DNA from: Actinophytocola sp.
GTDB taxonomy: Bacteria; Actinomycetota; Actinomycetes; Mycobacteriales; Pseudonocardiaceae
Length of the DNA stretch: 64,000 nt
Direction: 5' to 3'
Assembly (NCBI GenBank): GCA_009377475.1
Contig: WHTY01000015.1
Location: 1,479 to 65,478 of the forward strand
The notes beneath the pieces were generated by a model that saw only the letters and a program-made list of their open reading frames with translations, had not been told where the DNA came from and did no database searches. Positions 50,711-59,377 of the stretch are shown here, piece after piece. Each line of letters opens with the position of its first letter. Position 1 is the first letter of the stretch. A program made the position numbers and the translations under genes.

Positions 50711-51490
50711 ATGAGCGAGGACGACGAGCGCGGTGCGCACTTCGTGCAGTCGCTGGCACGCGGGCTCGCGGTGATCCGCGCGTTCCATGCCGACGCCGCC
50801 GAGCTGACGCTGTCCGACGTCGCGAAGTCGACCGGGCTGACCCGCGCCGCTGCAAGGCGGTTCCTGCTGACGCTCGCCGACCTCGGGTACGTCCGCACCG
50901 ACGGCAAGCGCTTCTCGCTCACGCCTCGGGTGCTCGAACTCGGCTACGCCGTGCTGTCCAGCATGACGTTGCCCGACGTGGCGCAACCGCACCTGGAGAA
51001 GCTGTCCGGCGAGGTGGGGGAGTCCAGCTCGGTGTCCGTGCTCGACGGCACCGACGTCGTCTACGTCGCCCGCTTCGCGGTGTCGCGCATCATGACGGTC
51101 AGCATCACCGTCGGTACTCGCTTCCCCGCCTACGCGACGTCTATGGGGCACGTCCTGCTCGCGGGCGTCGACGACGACGCGCTGGAGGCGTACCTCGCCG
51201 AGGCCACCTTGGAGCCGTTGACCTCGCAGACCATCACGTCGCCGGAACGGCTGCGAGCGGAGCTTGTGCAGGTGCGTGAGCAGGGCTGGGCGCTGGTGGA
51301 CCAGGAACTGGAGGAGGGGCTGCGCTCGATCGCGGCGCCGCTGCGGGACCGGTCGGGCACGGTGATCGCGGCGGTCAACGTCGCCACCCACGCCAGTCGG
51401 ACCAGCGTCGACGTGCTGCGGCAGGAGATGCTCCCGCCGCTGCTGGCGGCGTGCGAGCGGATCGAGCAGGACCTCGCCGCCTCGGGGTGA
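50711..51490 (+). CDS. pcaR: IclR-family transcriptional regulator (PcaR-like)
   Basis: ATG at 50711 with AAAGGAG upstream. The IclR N-terminal HTH is VQSLARGLAVIRAF...LTLSDVAKSTGLTRAAARRFL. Confidence 0.85.
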   Translation: MSEDDERGAHFVQSLARGLAVIRAFHADAAELTLSDVAKSTGLTRAAARRFLLTLADLGYVRTDGKRFSLTPRVLELGYAVLSSMTLPDVAQPHLEKLSGEVGESSSVSVLDGTDVVYVARFAVSRIMTVSITVGTRFPAYATSMGHVLLAGVDDDALEAYLAEATLEPLTSQTITSPERLRAELVQVREQGWALVDQELEEGLRSIAAPLRDRSGTVIAAVNVATHASRTSVDVLRQEMLPPLLAACERIEQDLAASG

Positions 51491-51579
51491 GCCCGGCTCG
51501 CCGCCGCGGGCGGACACGTTCAGGCGCCCGAACCGGGTGACACGCTCCGCACCCGCACCGGGCGGCCCCCTGTCGCGAA

Positions 51580-51664
51580 GTCGATCAACTTACCGCGCGC
51601 TGTGACCACGCCGTGTCCGGTTCGTCCGGTACTGGTGGTCACAGCGCGCAGGTAGTTGATCAAC
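51580..51664. repeat. 85-bp palindromic element bounded by GTyGATCAAC (copy 2, best preserved)
   Basis: gtcgatcaacttaccgcgcgctgtgaccac / loop gccgtgtccggttcgtccggtactg / gtggtcacagcgcgcaggtagttgatcaac. It has a 15-bp perfect core stem. The TGA stop of the downstream minus-strand hydrolase (51660..51662) lies inside the right terminus. Confidence 0.85.
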
Positions 51665-53951
51665 TCCGGCCGGGCGACCCCGGCGGCAGCAGCGTGTAGG
51701 TGTGGCTGCCGGAGACGACCGGGAGCCGCGCCGCTCCCGGATCGACGTCCGCGTCGATGGGTACGCCGTCGCGCAACACCCGTGTGCTGGGCACGAACCG
51801 CCCAGTGAGCCGCACCTCGCCGTCGCGGTCAGCGGTGATCTCGACGGTCAGCGACTTACGGCCGTCCAGCCGCGCCCGAGCCAGGTCCAGGTCGACGGAA
51901 CCGACATTGGTCAGCTCCAGATTGAGCCGGTTGGCCACCGGGATCTTCGGGCGCTCACCCCAGGTGCGGTTCACCTCGGTGTAGGGCAGCGGCTCGACAC
52001 CTGCGTCCGTGCCGGACGTGCTCGGTGCGTCGCCGCGCCCGAAGCCGTGGCTGAAGGCGTCCACGGTGCCCTTGGCGGTGTCACCCGAAGGGTCTGCCAG
52101 GTCGAGGTCCGAGACCCAGTAGGCGTGGTCGTGCACCAGGCCGAGCGAGGGGTCGTCGCTGGCAGGCACCCGCGAGAACGTGACGTGGTGCGGGTCGCGG
52201 TTGACCCGCGCTTCGCCGAGGAAGTCCGTCGCCATCGGGATGTCGTAGCCGAGCGCGGCCAGCGTGAAGTGTTCGGCAGGCTGGTACACGACGAACCGGA
52301 AGCGGTAGCCGAGCTGGTCGAAACCGCGGATGCCGTGCTCCGGCGCGCCCAGGTTCTGCGCCCGTGGCCCGACGATCGGCACCAGCTGGTCCTCCCCGGC
52401 AGCCACGTTCAGGTACGGCACGTTGCGGGCATTCTCCAGCCACAGGTTCGTCAACGTCTCGATCCCGCCGGTCGGCGCCGCTGGCGGCAGCCAGATGCCG
52501 TCACCGGGCGGGCCGACGGTGCTGAACGCCTTGCCGAACAGGTCCGGATACAGCGTGCCGAGCCGGTACGTCGCGTAGCCGCCCATCGAGTAGCCGCTGA
52601 TCGCCGTGCGCTCCGGGTCGAGCGTGAAGTGGCGCGCGATGTCGTTCCACATCTCGAAGACGTCGTACTCCGCCTCGTGCTGGTACCAGCCGTCGGGGCC
52701 GCGCGAGAAGCTGGTGGCGACGAGGTTGTCGCGGGCCTCGCCGATCTGCTGGATGCCGGTGGTGCCGTTGTACTGCCAGTACCGCTGGCCCAGCGAGTGC
52801 AGCGCCAGCGTGAGGCCAGCCGGTTCGCCCGGCTCGTAGCTTTCCGGCACGTAGAGGCTGTAGGGCTGGAGTTGGCCCTTGTACTGCGGGAACCCGCCGT
52901 CGACGTCGCGGCCTTCGCCGAGGTCGAGCCTGCTCGGGAACATCCGGATCGTGGTGCCGTGCTCCGGCACCGAGTCGCGCCGCACTCCCGCGTCGAAGTC
53001 GATCGGGTGGGAGAACCGGGTCGGCTCGTGCGCCGCGATCGCCTCGGACTGCCGGGTGTCCGGTGGCGTGTTGCCGCCGAGCACCGGCTCGTCGAACCGG
53101 AACGCCAGGTTGAACACGCCGGACGGCGTCGGGTCGAGCGGGCCCGCGCCACCAGGTGCGGTTTCGTTCGCGGTGGCCCCCGGCCGGAGCCACCCGCCGT
53201 TGCTGCGGTCGTGGAGTCCGGTGGCGACGGTGGTTTCCCAGGTGCCGCTCGGGTCGCTCACGTCGCGAGGCACCGTGATGGTCACCTGGTTCGCCGTCAG
53301 GTCGGTGCTGACGTCCAGCGGCGTGGTCTCACCGGTGGCGGACGACGTGTGCTCCGCGCCGGTGCCCCACGCGGTGATCACCTCGTCGGTGCCGGGGAAC
53401 GGCGCGCCGGGATCGCGCGGGAGCGTGTCGGAGCCGGTGTTGTCGTTGCCATCGACGTCGAAAGCGATTGCCGCGATGGTGGCGTCGCGTGCCAGCAGCG
53501 TGTTGAACGTGAGCCGGTAGGTCACCCGGTCCGGCTCGGTGGCGATGCGGAACTCCACCAGGTCGGCGGCGTTGCCACCGTATCGGGCGTCGTCGGTCGG
53601 ATAGGTGACGTCGCCCGCGCAGACGGACTGCGAGTCCGCGCCAGCGCCGTCGGAGTTGGCGCCGCAGTCGTCGTAGAGGAAGTCTTGGTACAGGTATTCG
53701 CCGTCCCGGTAGGCGTCGGTGCCGGACACCAGCAACGGCTCGGCGTCGAACCGCGGGTCGTGGTTACCCAGGCTCGGCGCGTCCGGGGGCGGGGCGTAGA
53801 GGACGTCGGGGCCGGGTCGCGCACCGGATTCGACCGAGGGCAGCGAGGAGGGCGGGTCGTCGGGTTGCGTCGCGGTGGCGGGCGCTGCCCCGGTCATCAC
53901 CACGAGCGCCGCTGCCAGGCTGCCGATCCGGGTCGTACGCGAGAGTGTCAT
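51660..53951 (-). CDS. Secreted multidomain alpha/beta hydrolase (esterase/peptidase S9-like) with an N-terminal carbohydrate-binding/DOMON-like region
   Basis: 763 aa with a signal peptide (MTLSRTTRIGSLAAALVVMTGAAPATA) and the nucleophile elbow GYSMGG. GGAAGG lies upstream of the ATG. The exact activity is unknown. Confidence 0.65.
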   Translation of the reverse strand: MTLSRTTRIGSLAAALVVMTGAAPATATQPDDPPSSLPSVESGARPGPDVLYAPPPDAPSLGNHDPRFDAEPLLVSGTDAYRDGEYLYQDFLYDDCGANSDGAGADSQSVCAGDVTYPTDDARYGGNAADLVEFRIATEPDRVTYRLTFNTLLARDATIAAIAFDVDGNDNTGSDTLPRDPGAPFPGTDEVITAWGTGAEHTSSATGETTPLDVSTDLTANQVTITVPRDVSDPSGTWETTVATGLHDRSNGGWLRPGATANETAPGGAGPLDPTPSGVFNLAFRFDEPVLGGNTPPDTRQSEAIAAHEPTRFSHPIDFDAGVRRDSVPEHGTTIRMFPSRLDLGEGRDVDGGFPQYKGQLQPYSLYVPESYEPGEPAGLTLALHSLGQRYWQYNGTTGIQQIGEARDNLVATSFSRGPDGWYQHEAEYDVFEMWNDIARHFTLDPERTAISGYSMGGYATYRLGTLYPDLFGKAFSTVGPPGDGIWLPPAAPTGGIETLTNLWLENARNVPYLNVAAGEDQLVPIVGPRAQNLGAPEHGIRGFDQLGYRFRFVVYQPAEHFTLAALGYDIPMATDFLGEARVNRDPHHVTFSRVPASDDPSLGLVHDHAYWVSDLDLADPSGDTAKGTVDAFSHGFGRGDAPSTSGTDAGVEPLPYTEVNRTWGERPKIPVANRLNLELTNVGSVDLDLARARLDGRKSLTVEITADRDGEVRLTGRFVPSTRVLRDGVPIDADVDPGAARLPVVSGSHTYTLLPPGSPGRS

Positions 53952-54122
53952 CCGCGTGCCTTCCTGCCGTTTGCCCGACTTCGCATGGTGGCACCGCGAT
54001 CGGATCGACAGTAGAGATCAGTGCACAGACTTTCTTGTGCGCAACGACTAATGGGGTGTTGGCCGACTTACCCTCGCTGGTGGGAGCGCAGGGTAAGTCG
54101 ACCAACGTCCGGCTACGGGGAG

Positions 54123-54830
54123 TTATCCGGTGATGTAAAGCGTTTCGTCGAATGTGCCGGAACCGGCGACGGTTTCACCGAGAATTTGGTACGTCGCGGT
54201 GAGCGTGGCGGTGCTGGGGCATCCGAAATCACCACTCGTCAAGGTCATCTCAACCTGTGACAATTGCGCCTGCGATTCCGCGACCGACCCCACAGGACGA
54301 TTCGAGTTGTCGGGATTGTAAACCGAACCGGTCACGCTGTTGTTCGCGCCAGCGCCGACGAAATGGCACGTGATGCTGACGCCCCACCCGTCGTAGGAGT
54401 CGACCTTGGCCGACACGTTGTTGGTGGTGGTCGTGCCGCCCTGGCCGCCCGCTTGCGGTGCGTAGGTGACGTTTCCGCCGCTCCAGGGCAGGTTCGTCGC
54501 CGTCATGGCGGTCCGGCCGCCCTGGTCGTTCGGGCACGATCCATCGGAAGCGCTGCTGTCGGTGTAGGTCGCGTCGGCGATGTCGGCGCCGGTGCCGTCT
54601 GAGTTCACCGAACCGCTCAGCGAGGACTGGTCACACGTCGCGTTTCCTGCCGAACTCTCGAACTGCACCACGGACGAGATCAACGAGCCGTGCACGTTTC
54701 CCGAGTACGGATCGCCGGTCGCCGAATCGCGGTGAATCGTGGTGCTCGCGGCGGTGGCGGACGGGGCGATGAGGACGAAACTCGCCACGGCGGCAAGCCC
54801 AGCGAAGATCATGCTACGTGATTTCTTCAC
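54123..54830 (-). CDS. Secreted hypothetical protein, Ser/Thr/Gly/Asn-rich with 4 Cys, in a low-GC islet
   Basis: GTG at 54830 with AAAGGAG upstream. The signal peptide is VKKSRSMIFAGLAAVASFVLIAPSATA. The gene ends in TAA and its codon usage is visibly less GC3-biased than that of its neighbours. Confidence 0.65.
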   Translation of the reverse strand: MKKSRSMIFAGLAAVASFVLIAPSATAASTTIHRDSATGDPYSGNVHGSLISSVVQFESSAGNATCDQSSLSGSVNSDGTGADIADATYTDSSASDGSCPNDQGGRTAMTATNLPWSGGNVTYAPQAGGQGGTTTTNNVSAKVDSYDGWGVSITCHFVGAGANNSVTGSVYNPDNSNRPVGSVAESQAQLSQVEMTLTSGDFGCPSTATLTATYQILGETVAGSGTFDETLYITG

Positions 54831-55056
54831 TGATTCTCCTTTCTTTTCGCTAGTTTGGGGAAAACATAGAGAAGCACGGCAAGGTATCGATGTCAATGGC
54901 GACTAGATAATTACTGGGAGAATTGGCGCCCGGTCAATATCGGGACAATTGAGTGAGCTATTCCGACACGCGAGTGATGGTCGGCCAGGTTAACGTGACG
55001 GGGTGTTGATCATGTGCGGCCGCGAATTCCGTGTCGCCCTCGGGAAGAGTAGTGAC

Positions 55057-55090
55057 CGCGTGGCGGGACATTGCCGAAAGTCGCCACGCG
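55057..55090 (-). terminator. Hairpin downstream of the HxlR-type regulator gene
   Basis: CGCGTGGCG / CGCCACGCG form a 9-bp perfect stem with a 16-nt loop. There is no clear U-tract. Confidence 0.25.
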
Positions 55091-55143
55091 AGCGGTTCGC
55101 TACGAGTCGTTGGCCCTTTTTGTGGCGATTCCGGCCGCGTCGC

Positions 55144-55851
55144 TCACCGCGTCAATGACGCCGCGAGCGCCGAGGAACCCTTCACGTGGACGTCGCCGTT
55201 GGCGATCGCCTTGTCCAGTCGTACGTCGCCGCGAGCCAGCGCGGTCGCGGTCGCGGTGTCGAGGCGCACCAGGACATCGACGTCGGTGCCGTCAGTGCCG
55301 TTCGCGACGTCGGTGCCGTCAGTGCCGTTCGCGACGTCGGTGCCGTTCGCGACGTCGGTGAAACCGTCAGCGTCGAGGAACACCACGTCGTGCGCGTCGA
55401 TGCGCAGGCACCAGCCGTGCTCGTCCACCTGCACCCGCGCCGTGCCGGTGGCGCCATCGGCAGCCTGCCGGAGCGCGGTGGCGACCGGGATGGCGAACCA
55501 GTGCCCGCGCAGCGCGTCGGTAGGATCGGCGTCATCGCTGAGCAGCGCCGATCCCCAGCTCGCGAGCCCGGCGAGCACCGGCACAAGGCCGCGTCCGCGC
55601 GCCGTCAGCTCGTACACCCACACGGGGACGCTCAGCCGCCGCCGCACAACGAGCCCGTTGGCCTCCATGTCCTTGAGTCGCGTCGCGAGGACGTCGGTGC
55701 TGATGCCGGGCAGGTCGGCGTGCAGGTCGGTGTACCGGCGGGGCCCGAGCGCGAGCTCGCGCACGATCAGCAGGGTCCAGCGCTCGCCGACGACGTCCAG
55801 CGACCTGGCGATGGGGCAGTAGTGCGCATAGCTACGACGCGACATGCGCAT
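55144..55851 (-). CDS. HxlR-family winged-helix regulator with a C-terminal SCP2-like extension
   Basis: The HxlR core is YCPIARSLDVVGERWTLLIVRELALGPRRYTDLHADLPGISTDVLATRLKDMEANGLV. The start is at 55851 or 55845. There is no obvious RBS, so the transcript may be leaderless. Confidence 0.8.
   Translation of the reverse strand: MRMSRRSYAHYCPIARSLDVVGERWTLLIVRELALGPRRYTDLHADLPGISTDVLATRLKDMEANGLVVRRRLSVPVWVYELTARGRGLVPVLAGLASWGSALLSDDADPTDALRGHWFAIPVATALRQAADGATGTARVQVDEHGWCLRIDAHDVVFLDADGFTDVANGTDVANGTDGTDVANGTDGTDVDVLVRLDTATATALARGDVRLDKAIANGDVHVKGSSALAASLTR
55279..55374 (-). repeat. In-frame coding tandem repeat (27-bp x2, then 18-bp and partial units) inside the HxlR-family gene
   Basis: gacgtcggtgccgtcagtgccgttcgc occurs twice, followed by gacgtcggtgccgttcgc. 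The array encodes DVANGTDGT-type repeats. Confidence 0.85.
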
Positions 55852-55874
55852 CAGGTTAGCCGAGAAGTGGGACC

Positions 55875-55894
55875 TTCCAAGCAGCGACTTGGAA
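55875..55894. promoter_or_regulatory. Palindrome TTCCAAG-N6-CTTGGAA in the divergent HxlR/aminotransferase intergenic region (candidate operator)
   Basis: It has 7-bp perfect arms. A further CCAAGTA half-site follows at about 55898. Confidence 0.35.
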
Positions 55895-55936
55895 ATACCA
55901 AGTAGACTGCCGCTACGACAGCGACAGGAGGGCCAG

Positions 55937-57145
55937 ATGGAGTTCAGGCAGTCGAGCAAGCTCGCGGGCGTCTGCTACGAGATCAGGGGACCAGTCGTCG
56001 AGCAGGCGAACGCGCTCGAAGCGGCTGGTCACTCGGTGCTGCGCCTGAACACCGGCAACCCCGCGCCGTTCGGCTTCGAGGTGCTCGACTCGATCCTGAC
56101 CGCCATGACCCGCGCGCTGTCCACCTCGCACGGCTACGGCGACTCGCGCGGGCTGCTCTCCGCACGCGAAGCGGTTGCCGCGTACTACACCCAGCGCGGC
56201 ATCGGCGAGATCGGCGCGGCGGACGTCTACCTCGGCAACGGCGTCTCGGAACTCGCCACCATGGCGATCCACGCGCTGGTCGACGGCGGTGACGAGGTGC
56301 TGGTGCCGAGCCCGGACTATCCACTGTGGACGGCCGTGACGCGGATGGCGGGCGGCACCGCGGTGCACTACCGCTGCGACGAGCAGGCCGACTGGCAGCC
56401 CGACCTCGACGACATCGCCGCGAAGATCACCGATCGCACCAAGGCCATCGTGGTGATCAACCCGAACAACCCCACCGGCGCGGTCTACTCCGATGAGCTG
56501 CTGCGCGGTATCGCGGAGCTGGCGCGCAGGCACCACCTGATGATCCTGTCCGACGAGGTCTACGACCGGATCGTCTACGACGGCGCCACGCACCATCACC
56601 TCGGCGCGCTCGCCCCCGACGTCGTGTGCCTGACGTTCAGCGGGCTGTCCAAGAGCCACCGCGTCGCCGGGTACCGGTCCGGGTGGCTGGTGGTGTCCGG
56701 CCCGCTCACCCACGCGCGGGACTACCTCGAAGGGCTGACCATGCTCGCCGGGATGCGGTTGTGCCCGAACGGCCCAGCGCAGCACGCCATCGAGGTCGCG
56801 CTCCGTGACGACTCCATCGACGCGCTGACCGCCGAAGGCGGCAGGCTCGCTGTGCAGCGGGACCGGGCGTGGCAGACGCTCAACGAGATCCCCGGCGTGT
56901 CCTGCGTCAAGCCGCGCGGCGCGCTGTACGCCTTCGCGCGCATCGACCTCGACGTGCACAACATCCACGACGACGAGAAGTTCGTCTACGACCTGCTGCT
57001 GCGGGAGAAGATCCACGTCGTGCAGGGGACCGGCTTCAACTGGGACAAGCCGGACCACTTCCGCATCATCACGCTGCCGGAAGTCGACGAACTGGGGACA
57101 GCCATCCGGCGCATCGGCAGATTCCTGGACGGCTACACGCAGTGA
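55937..57145 (+). CDS. Class I/II PLP-dependent aminotransferase (alanine/aspartate aminotransferase-like)
   Basis: ATG at 55937 with AGGAGG upstream. Motifs are LNTGNPAPFGF, NPNNPTGAVY and the PLP-lysine context SGLSKSHRVAGYR. Confidence 0.85.
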   Translation: MEFRQSSKLAGVCYEIRGPVVEQANALEAAGHSVLRLNTGNPAPFGFEVLDSILTAMTRALSTSHGYGDSRGLLSAREAVAAYYTQRGIGEIGAADVYLGNGVSELATMAIHALVDGGDEVLVPSPDYPLWTAVTRMAGGTAVHYRCDEQADWQPDLDDIAAKITDRTKAIVVINPNNPTGAVYSDELLRGIAELARRHHLMILSDEVYDRIVYDGATHHHLGALAPDVVCLTFSGLSKSHRVAGYRSGWLVVSGPLTHARDYLEGLTMLAGMRLCPNGPAQHAIEVALRDDSIDALTAEGGRLAVQRDRAWQTLNEIPGVSCVKPRGALYAFARIDLDVHNIHDDEKFVYDLLLREKIHVVQGTGFNWDKPDHFRIITLPEVDELGTAIRRIGRFLDGYTQ

Positions 57146-57209
57146 CACTCGGTGCCGGCGCTGGGCGCTGGTGTCGCGCCGCGCATCAGTAGTGCCGTCA
57201 CGCCGGGCG

Positions 57210-58508
57210 TCAGCACTTGCGGAGCGGTTTGCTGAACCCGCGCCGGGCAGGCGTCGCCAGGTAGTAGTCGCTCACCCAGGCGCCGCTGGCCAGCTTGTTC
57301 CACACCCGGTTGCCGAAGACGTCCGACCCGCGTCGTTGGCAGACGACCTTGGCGAGCCCGCCGCGGTAGACCACGCCGGCCAGCGCGTGCCTGGTGCCGG
57401 GCCCGGTGCGCTTGTTCAGCCGACCGGTGCCTTTCACCTGGTAGGGGTAGACGCACGGGCGTAGTCCCTTGCCGGTGGTGACGTACCGGTCCGAGACGTA
57501 GGTGCCGTTGGCGAGCAGGTTCCACACCCGTGTCCCCGCCGCCTTCGCGCCGCGCTGCTGGCAGACGACGCCGACGGTCGAGCCGGGCCGGTAGGTGGTG
57601 ATGATCCCGGACTTCTTGGTCGGGCGGTCGCGGCCCTTGAGCGGCACCGAACTGGTGACGCGGACCTGTCTGGCAACGGTTGCCACCGGCGCGCGAAAGC
57701 GGTTGCTGTCGATGGTCATCGCGACGCCGCCGTGCTTTTCCTTGTGCGGGCCCCGGAACTGCTTGCCGCGCTGACCGTGCGACCAGAGCCGGTCGGTGAG
57801 GCCATACAGGTCGGACACGGTCGCGTCGTGGTCCCACTGCGCCACCCAGATCGCGTCCGGCCGCGCGTAGGCGCGCGAGCCGTACGCGTCGGCGAGGTGG
57901 ACGCCGCCGGACGCGCCGGAGACGTATACCCCAGAGAGGTAACCCCGCTGGTGTAGCGAGGTCGTCCAGCCTGAGATGTAGCGCAGCACCGCCTTGCGGC
58001 AGCGGTTCCGCGACGCCGGGTACGACTCAATGTCGAGGTACAACGCGCTGCCGGGCAGCATGCCGAGCCGGCCGGCACGCTTCACCGCGTGCTTCGCGGC
58101 GCGTTGTCCCTGCGCACGGGCGCGTTTCGGGTTGATGAGGAACTTCTTCACGTGACTGCGGCACGGCGCCTGCTTGCCGGTGTAGACCGGAACCAGCCGC
58201 CAGCGCATCCCGGTGACCGCGTGCACCCAACTCTTGCTCAGGTGCCGCTGGCTGCACGCGCGCGTCACCCCACCGATGTAGATGCCGACGCCCCGATAGC
58301 GTGACGACCGCCATTTGCGCATGGTCGACAGCGACGGCGCGGAGCAGGTGTCGAACGCCAGCCCGGAGAAGTGCGTCACCGTCGCACGTTCGGGGTAGTC
58401 CACCGAGGTCGCTGGTTTGGCGTACAGGTACGGCGGCGGCAACAGCGCCACCGTGACCATGAAGATCAGGACGAACGCGACCCTGGCGATGACGCGACGA
58501 CCGCTCAT
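57210..58508 (-). CDS. Exported DUF1906 (Rv2525c-like glycoside-hydrolase-like) protein with C-terminal SH3-like repeats
   Basis: It has an N-terminal TM/signal segment and a DUF1906-like core (GLAFDTCSAPSLSTMRKW...GVGIYIGG). The C-terminal modules are repeated (VCQQRG...GTRVWNLLANGTYVSDRYV and VCQRRG...GNRVWNKLASGAWVSDYYL). Confidence 0.65.
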   Translation of the reverse strand: MSGRRVIARVAFVLIFMVTVALLPPPYLYAKPATSVDYPERATVTHFSGLAFDTCSAPSLSTMRKWRSSRYRGVGIYIGGVTRACSQRHLSKSWVHAVTGMRWRLVPVYTGKQAPCRSHVKKFLINPKRARAQGQRAAKHAVKRAGRLGMLPGSALYLDIESYPASRNRCRKAVLRYISGWTTSLHQRGYLSGVYVSGASGGVHLADAYGSRAYARPDAIWVAQWDHDATVSDLYGLTDRLWSHGQRGKQFRGPHKEKHGGVAMTIDSNRFRAPVATVARQVRVTSSVPLKGRDRPTKKSGIITTYRPGSTVGVVCQQRGAKAAGTRVWNLLANGTYVSDRYVTTGKGLRPCVYPYQVKGTGRLNKRTGPGTRHALAGVVYRGGLAKVVCQRRGSDVFGNRVWNKLASGAWVSDYYLATPARRGFSKPLRKC

Positions 58509-58621
58509 GCCCCCATGATCGACATGTTGTCGCTGCTCATGAAGGATTTGGACACGTTGATCAACAGGGTTCGCACGATCAAGTGACGACCACGAGCGTC
58601 GGGCCTAGGGTCGTCGGCGAG

Positions 58622-59251
58622 CTATGCCTGTGGCTGCCGAATGCCGTCGAACGCCACCTTGGTCACAGCGTCGGCCAATGCGGCGCTGTTGGCTCCGTTG
58701 CGCGGTTTGTACCACTCGATCAGCGAGTTGACCATGCCGAACAGCAGGCGCGCGGCGATCGCCGGATCGACGTCCGGCCGGATGTCGCCCTCGGCTTCCG
58801 CCTGCTCAACGAGCCGCGCGACGAGCTGATCGAACTCCCGCCGCTTGGCAAGCGCGGCACGCTCCACCTTGGTGTTGCCGCGCACCCGCAGCAGCAGCGT
58901 GACGTACAGCAGCCGCTCGGACAGCACAAGCACGCTGCCCCTGACCAGGTGTTCCAGCCTGTCGATCGCGCGGCCGTCGAGTTGTTCGGTCTCGTCGGCG
59001 ACGGCGAACAGGCCGTCCAGCGCGCGGTCGACGGCGAGCCGCAGCAGTTCCTCCTTGCCGGACACGTGGTGGTAGATAGCGGACTTGGTGATGCCGAGCT
59101 TGCGGGCGAGTTCGTCCATGCTGGTGCCGTCGTAGCCGCGCTCGTAGAACAGCCTGGCCGCCACCTGCAGCAGCGAGTCGAGGTCGTAGCCGGGTCGCCC
59201 CCTGCGCCTGCCGGTCGTGGCGCGCAGCTTGCCGTTTTCCGCCGTCGTCAT
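58622..59251 (-). CDS. TetR/AcrR-family transcriptional regulator
   Basis: 209 aa with the HTH sequence GYDGTSMDELARKLGITKSAIYHHVSGKEELL. Confidence 0.9.
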   Translation of the reverse strand: MTTAENGKLRATTGRRRGRPGYDLDSLLQVAARLFYERGYDGTSMDELARKLGITKSAIYHHVSGKEELLRLAVDRALDGLFAVADETEQLDGRAIDRLEHLVRGSVLVLSERLLYVTLLLRVRGNTKVERAALAKRREFDQLVARLVEQAEAEGDIRPDVDPAIAARLLFGMVNSLIEWYKPRNGANSAALADAVTKVAFDGIRQPQA

Positions 59252-59291
59252 ACCCGGAAGTGTCGCAGAACGCGTCGTGCGTTCGGCGTCA

Positions 59292-59375
59292 GTGCGCGAT
59301 GTCCGTGAACGCCGCCGTGTCCGACACTCCGGACGCCGTGTCCGACGCTCACGCCGCCGTGTCCGGCATTCCTCA
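59292..59375 (+). repeat. 21-bp tandem repeat, 4 units, locus E
   Basis: The units are cgccgtgtccgacactccgga / cgccgtgtccgacgctcacgc / cgccgtgtccggcattcctca, preceded by a degenerate unit. The array ends 2 nt before the P450 stop codon (59378..59380) and begins 41 nt upstream of the TetR start (59251). Confidence 0.85.
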
Positions 59376-59377
59376 CG

